Source of the DNA: a virus
Direction: 5' to 3' (one strand)
DNA: 60,274 nucleotides
IMG/VR virus record: IMGVR_UViG_3300045988_172523
Below are positions 55,231 to 60,274 of the stretch, piece after piece. The position numbers and the translations under genes were made by a program. How positions within the stretch are numbered: position 1 is the stretch's first letter; every line of letters begins with the position of its first letter. The notes under the pieces are model-generated. The model was not told the DNA's origin. It saw only the letters and a program-made list of their open reading frames with translations, and made no database searches.

Positions 55231-55464
55231 CTAACCATTGCCCTTACTACCGCCAGAAATGAGCGTAGATTGCTTAATTATAGCCTTTTTCGTGCATATT
55301 GTGCCGTTACCAGACAGCCCGGCATGAAGCAGGTAATTCTTGGTTGCCCCCACCTGATCTGCCGTCAGAACCGTATAAACAGCCGATATACTGCTGAAAT
55401 ACCAATCTTTCTGCTTCGTCCCGTCTATTTTATGCAGCAAATGCACATGAATCACTTTTGCCAT
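55231..55464 (-). CDS. Small hypothetical protein (77 aa from MAKVIHVHLL)
   Basis: Start chosen downstream of the TATATTTGCAGC promoter box at 55480..55491. Confidence 0.45.
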   Translation of the reverse strand: MAKVIHVHLLHKIDGTKQKDWYFSSISAVYTVLTADQVGATKNYLLHAGLSGNGTICTKKAIIKQSTLISGGSKGNG

Positions 55465-55479
55465 ATTCGTTTCTATTAT

Positions 55480-55491
55480 GCTGCAAATATA
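55480..55491 (-). promoter_or_regulatory. -7 promoter box TATATTTGCAGC (minus strand)
   Basis: The same 12-mer as at 53935..53946 and 44869..44880. Lies about 20 nt upstream of the ATG at 55464. Confidence 0.45.
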
Positions 55492-55734
55492 CCAAATAAT
55501 GTCTATTTGGAAGAATTTCAAGGCACTATATTTTAAAATAGGCACAAAAAACGGCCACACAGCCGTTCACACCATCATATAACAAAATCCATCAACCCAG
55601 CCACAAAACGGCCACACAGCCGAAAATAAAACCCTTCCAGGCCGTTTTAGCCCCATCTGCAAGCCCCATGTAAAGCAATCGCCCAAAATTCCGAGGAAAA
55701 GCCCCCATTTTGTAAAAGGCATGTAAAAATCATG

Positions 55735-55858
55735 TAAAAGAAAACCGCTTCGAAATATTCAGCCCATTTTCCCGAACATGCCTAAATCATTTGGCTTTCA
55801 AAGCCTTTCACCCATTTTTCCCGACCATTGAAAAAACCGCTTCGTTCTATGCCCCATA
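55735..55858. repeat. Prophage end (early-gene side) with inverted CGAAGCGG motifs (55745..55752, 55836..55845) and CCCATTTT(T)CCCGA x2
   Basis: Reverse complements match the ACGAAGCG core at the other end. Confidence 0.6.
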
Positions 55859-58800
55859 GAGGATTATGATGATAATATAACTATGGAACATTATGTCCTC
55901 CATGAGCCATCAAAGACCAGCAATGTGTTCTTGTTTTCAGAAAAAATTGTAATAACAAACGATGGTAAAAGTACATAACACCTAATAAATGTTGGTTATT
56001 ACTATGATTCTGAAAAGAAAAAGTTGATAACTAATATTACTCAGAATATTTATTGTTTTTTCCCAACAAAGGAGTCATTTAAAACATGCTTTGTTTCACA
56101 TGCTCCATTTCTTCTAACAGATAATCGACAGAATCTAAAACCAAATGAAAACATAAATGAAGAACTTATCAACCTTTTGGCAGAATTAGCTGCAAAGGCT
56201 GTAGTGCATCTTCGTGATTATGGTGTAAAACACAAGAAATTGCTTATAGATGAAAATATTACGGAGATTATTCCTAACTATGTGCGGCATTATTGGCAAT
56301 CTCTTGATGAAAGATTCGAGGAACCAATTGTTAATGCGTTCAAGAAACTACTTGAAACAGAAAGAATCCTGTTGTCAAGAAATGGAAAGTATCTATCTAT
56401 GAGGGAAGCATATAAAGGTTCACCAAGAGAACTCGTAGAATTATTATCTCAAAAACAGTTGGTAATGCTCACAAATAAAGCCTATAAGCATGATTACTAT
56501 AATAATAAAGAAGATAAAATGCTGAATCCTAAGGATGTTGATTTTTTGAAATGGGAGTTGGCACAGAATATCATTAAACAGGATAACAATATATACAACA
56601 AACTTGGAGAATATACTTCAGAGAGCTTTGCCAGGGATATTACTCTTGACTTTATGAAAGCACAGGATTTGAAATGGGTCACAAGGATGTACACATTTCT
56701 TAGAACTGCAGCACCAAAATTGTGGAAGTTGACGGATAAAGATAGTAATAAATTAGCATCGTCTCTTCCTTTCAGAGAGGCTCCCATCATCAAAACACAA
56801 AAAGGCGAATGGGTAAAGCCTTTTGTTGATGTGACTTCACCAAATATTTATCTGCCTTTAAAGGATGACAATAAATCCGATTATAATTTTGTTGCTAATG
56901 AGTATCTACAGAACGAAATGGCTAAAAAGTTCTTTATGGAACTTGATTTGAAGGAACCAGATGAGTATGACTATATACGTCAGGTAATTCTTGGAAAGTT
57001 TGAGAGTGATGAAATAGATATTGAGAATGACGAGTTGTCTTCTGACTTTATGGTTATTTTACGTTATTACCAAAAGGTTAAAGAAAAGTATCAAGGTCAG
57101 AAACTTATACAAGAGGTTAAAGAGAAAATTTTGTTAGTTGATAAGGATGGCATATTATGTAGGTCGCATGAATTGTATTTTCACAGTCATAATCTTGAAC
57201 TTTATCTCTCTGGGGTTAACGACATCCACTATATTGATTTAGATATTTATAAGGATGCTACTAAAGAGTTTGGAATAGAAACTGTAAGAATGTTTTTATT
57301 AATGCTTGGAGTAAAATTGTATCCGAAAATAGAAAGTTTTATGCGCTGGGATAAATCTTATCTTAGTGAAAGATTGAAAAGTCAAATTTTAATAACAAAC
57401 ATATATGATTATCGTTTTGAAGACTATGCTTTGCAAGGATTTAACGAATTCAAAAAACATAAAATACATAAAGAAACATCTCATTATCTATGGAATGTAG
57501 TATTACCAGCTTTGAAATTTGGTAATTACGAACATATGGCCATGATATATCGTAGGAAGTATGCCCGTTCCTATGATACAGTTTATTATGATTCAACATT
57601 CAAGGATTCCCTTCAATACAGCAAGTGGATTCTTGATAAAAATGGCAATGTCCTGTCTTCTAATGAAATTGCTCTTGAAGACCTTGATTCTGAGTATGAC
57701 CGTAATAATGGCTTAATTCAATTTCTTGGTATAGAGAAACGTGAAAAAAGCATTTTAGAATTAGGTGGCACTGAGGAACAACAGGAACAATTGGATTTGG
57801 GGAAACGCGTCAAGCAACTTGCTGGAGATGACTTGACTGAAGAAGAAATAATTCAAGCCTTATCTTATGCCAAAGCTCAGAAAAAAGCTAAAAAACATAT
57901 TTATGAAGAAACTGAAAATCCTACCATCAGTGATAATGGTTCAGATGAAAAAGATTACTCTGACATTGATAGAAAACCACGAGAACGAAAAAACAGTCAT
58001 AATTCAACTAATTTAGGCGATGAAAGTAATGATTCTTCTGACATAAAGAAATATAATGAAGATGATGATTTTGATTTGGATACACCGTTCAATCGTGAGG
58101 AACTCAGGAAGACCGAACTTTCAGATATGTTTATCAACAATAATCATAAACCTCCTGTAAAGAAAGAAAAGGAGGTTACTGATGAAGTACAGGCAGATGA
58201 ATTAAAACAAAAACTGCTTGAGCAGGAGGAAAAGCATAACAAAATAATTGAACTTCGAGAGGCAGCTTCAAATGCAGAAAGGTATTCAAAAGAGTGGTTC
58301 GATGCATTGATAGAATTGGAGTATCGTGGCGGCACAGAAGAAACAAAGGGAGACTTCGGTAAATCCATCAATATCACGTTTAACTCAGTGAACAAAGAGC
58401 AAGGATCTGAGCGTATCTATGTACTCAGAAATCCTTCTCGTAGTATTCCTCTATGGCTTGAAGAAATTGGAGATATTGAGATTAAATTTACCTTCTCAGA
58501 TCGTGATGAATTGAAACTAAAATTTGAAGTTGCAAATGTACGTGAAAATAGTTTACGTCTAAAAGCAAGCAAGGCCTTTGAAGATGTCTTGAACAAAATT
58601 GCTTGGAATAAGTGTACTAAGGCATCGATAACTTTGAAAAATCAGATAGACCTTATGGGTAAACTACGCAGTGCATTTAACGGTCTAGGTTTGGAGGATG
58701 GATTTAATCTTAAAGAAAACCTTGATGATAACCTGAAGTTTATATTTGGTCCTCCAGAAACTGGTAAAACAACAACTCTTGCCAAGAAGATTATTGGAAT

Positions 58801-60121
58801 GATGAATGAATATTCGACATGTAGGATACTTGTTCTAGCACCAACTAATACAGCTTGTGACGAACTTGCAAAAAAGATAAAGGAGTGTAGTAAGGATGAC
58901 TGTGCATGGTTGTACCGTTTTGTATCAACAGCAGATGAATCGTTGGAAGATATTGTTGTTGACCGTGAATCAATGGTATACGAAGATGAGCAATGCTGTG
59001 TCATTTCAACAATGGCACGTCTGCCTTTTGACGGTTTTAATGGCGAGGGTGGTTACAATAAGTTACTAGATATTGTATGGGACATGATTTTATGCGACGA
59101 AGCCTCAATGATTCCTTTAGCAGAAATGGCACTGGCTATTTATAATTTTGTCAATACTCCTATTCTTATAGCTGGTGATCCTTTGCAAATAAAGCCAATA
59201 CTTCATGAAGAAGAATGGAAGGATGAAAATATTTACACAATGGTGAATCTTGACAGGGTTGAGAACCCTGTGACTGAACCAATTCAATTTGCGATTGAAA
59301 ACCTTAGTATGCAGTACCGCAGTTTACCAGCTATTGGCGAATTGTTTAGTCAATATGCATACGATGGTAAATTGCGACACTATCGTTCGGCGATGGAAAA
59401 TCATATGAAGTTTGGTAAGCTTAATCTTAAACCTATAAACTTTATACCATTCAAAGTGGAAAGATATGATAGTGTATTTGGTATAAAGAAACTAGATGGT
59501 TCCAATGTACACATTTATTCTGTACTGTTTACGTTAGAGATATTTAAATATATCGTTCGTGAGTATGCCAAAAATCATGAAGAAGAGTACTCGATTGGTA
59601 TTGTTTGTCCTTATTCTCCACAGGCGCAGCTTATTGAGAGTCTTATTATGCAGACTCCCAATATACCAGTTAATGTTAAAATTACAGTTGGTACAGTGCA
59701 TAGATTTCAAGGAGGTCAATGTAACTTCATGTTTGTGGTACTTAATCCTCCAGCAGGGATGAAAGTTGCAGCTGATAGAATATTCCTGAACAACAAAAAT
59801 ATTCTTAATGTGGCTATAAGTCGTGCTCAGGATTTCTTATGCATACTACTCCCTCACTGTGATACTGACGGGTATGAGAATCTTTATGAAATAAATAAAA
59901 TCGGTAGAATTGCAATGAAGGATTCTGCAAATGTAGCACATTATACCTGTGACCAGATAGAGGAAATCATATTGGGGCGTAAGTTCTTCATTGAGAATAA
60001 TACATTTGTTACCTCACATCAGCTTACTAATGTTTATACAAAGGCAGTAAAGCGTTATGAGGTTAGAATAGATGAAAATTCAGTTGATATTCAGTTGGGG
60101 GATAATAATAAAATAACGTGA
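55859..60121 (+). pseudogene. 3-prime part of the GHKL ATPase / Upf1-like SF1 helicase gene; in-frame TAA at 55976..55978; longest intact ORF 56024..60121
   Basis: Same frame as the 13167 fragment when joined at GAGG. Sacsin-like IYCFFPT...HAPFLLTDNRQNL. Helicase motifs GPPETGKT, LCDEASMI, IAGDPLQIKP, MQYRSLPAI, VGTVHRFQGGQ and LNVAISRAQ. Confidence 0.8.
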
Positions 60122-60274
60122 GTTCGAAATAAGAATAAATATATTTCACTTATAATTAGAAACATAGCGATAAAAGTATTAAATTTATAGTGCTGAATTA
60201 TAACATTTAAACGATTACCACTATGTTTCCAGAGTCTAAAGTTACAGAGATTTATTGTATGGCCGATGATTTTT
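60111..60274. repeat. Right copy of the 164-bp terminal inverted repeat; overlaps the last 11 nt of the helicase ORF
   Basis: Exact reverse complement of 1..164. Confidence 0.9.

Larger units (their letters stand above)
13840..55858. mobile_element. Mu-like transposable siphovirus prophage (~42 kb) carrying a DGR; early genes at the right end, transcribed leftwards
   Basis: Abrupt composition change at both borders and GAGG on both flanks. Contains a MuA-like transposase, a MuB-like ATPase, an S24 repressor, Mu-type portal/MuF/G modules and repeated end motifs. No integrase is present. Confidence 0.85.

Noticed and set aside
13840-55858. Integrase-mediated prophage at a tRNA or att site
   Set aside because: No tyrosine or serine recombinase ORF was found. 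The insertion lies inside a protein-coding gene with only a 4-5 bp flanking duplication, and a MuA/MuB pair is present.

Overview
The window has two very different compositions. An AT-rich, Bacteroidota-style accessory or defence island occupies about 1..13839 and 55859..60274. A roughly 42-kb GC-richer Mu-like transposable siphovirus prophage (about 13840..55858) interrupts it.

Island content, left to right:
- a tight 3-gene operon: a motif-I-less metallophosphoesterase, a complete metallophosphoesterase and a 442-aa unknown protein
- a HipB/HipA toxin-antitoxin pair
- a 4-gene Wadjet-like (JetABCD/MksBEFG-like) operon
- a frameshifted ParA/TraA-like ATPase pseudogene
- a very large gene fusing a sacsin-like GHKL ATPase to an Upf1-like SF1 helicase

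The prophage splits this last gene in frame. The gene also carries an in-frame TAA just downstream of the insertion.

Prophage content:
- an S24/LexA-type repressor
- a MuA-like DDE transposase and a MuB-like ATPase
- GemA-like and DUF3164-like early genes
- terminase, Mu gp29-like portal, a MuF protein with an AT-rich C-terminal cargo domain, protease/scaffold and capsid
- a lysis cassette
- siphovirus tail genes
- a diversity-generating retroelement (RT, TR and a VR at the C-terminus of a 2185-aa fibre protein)
- a thymidylate-synthase-like gene plus a DPPY adenine methyltransferase at the distal end

The TR/VR pair differs mostly at non-adenine positions, which is atypical for an active DGR. 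The first and last 164 bases of the window are perfect inverted repeats of each other. No rRNA, bona fide tRNA or CRISPR array was seen. All calls come from reading the sequence and the ORF translations by eye. No database search was run.
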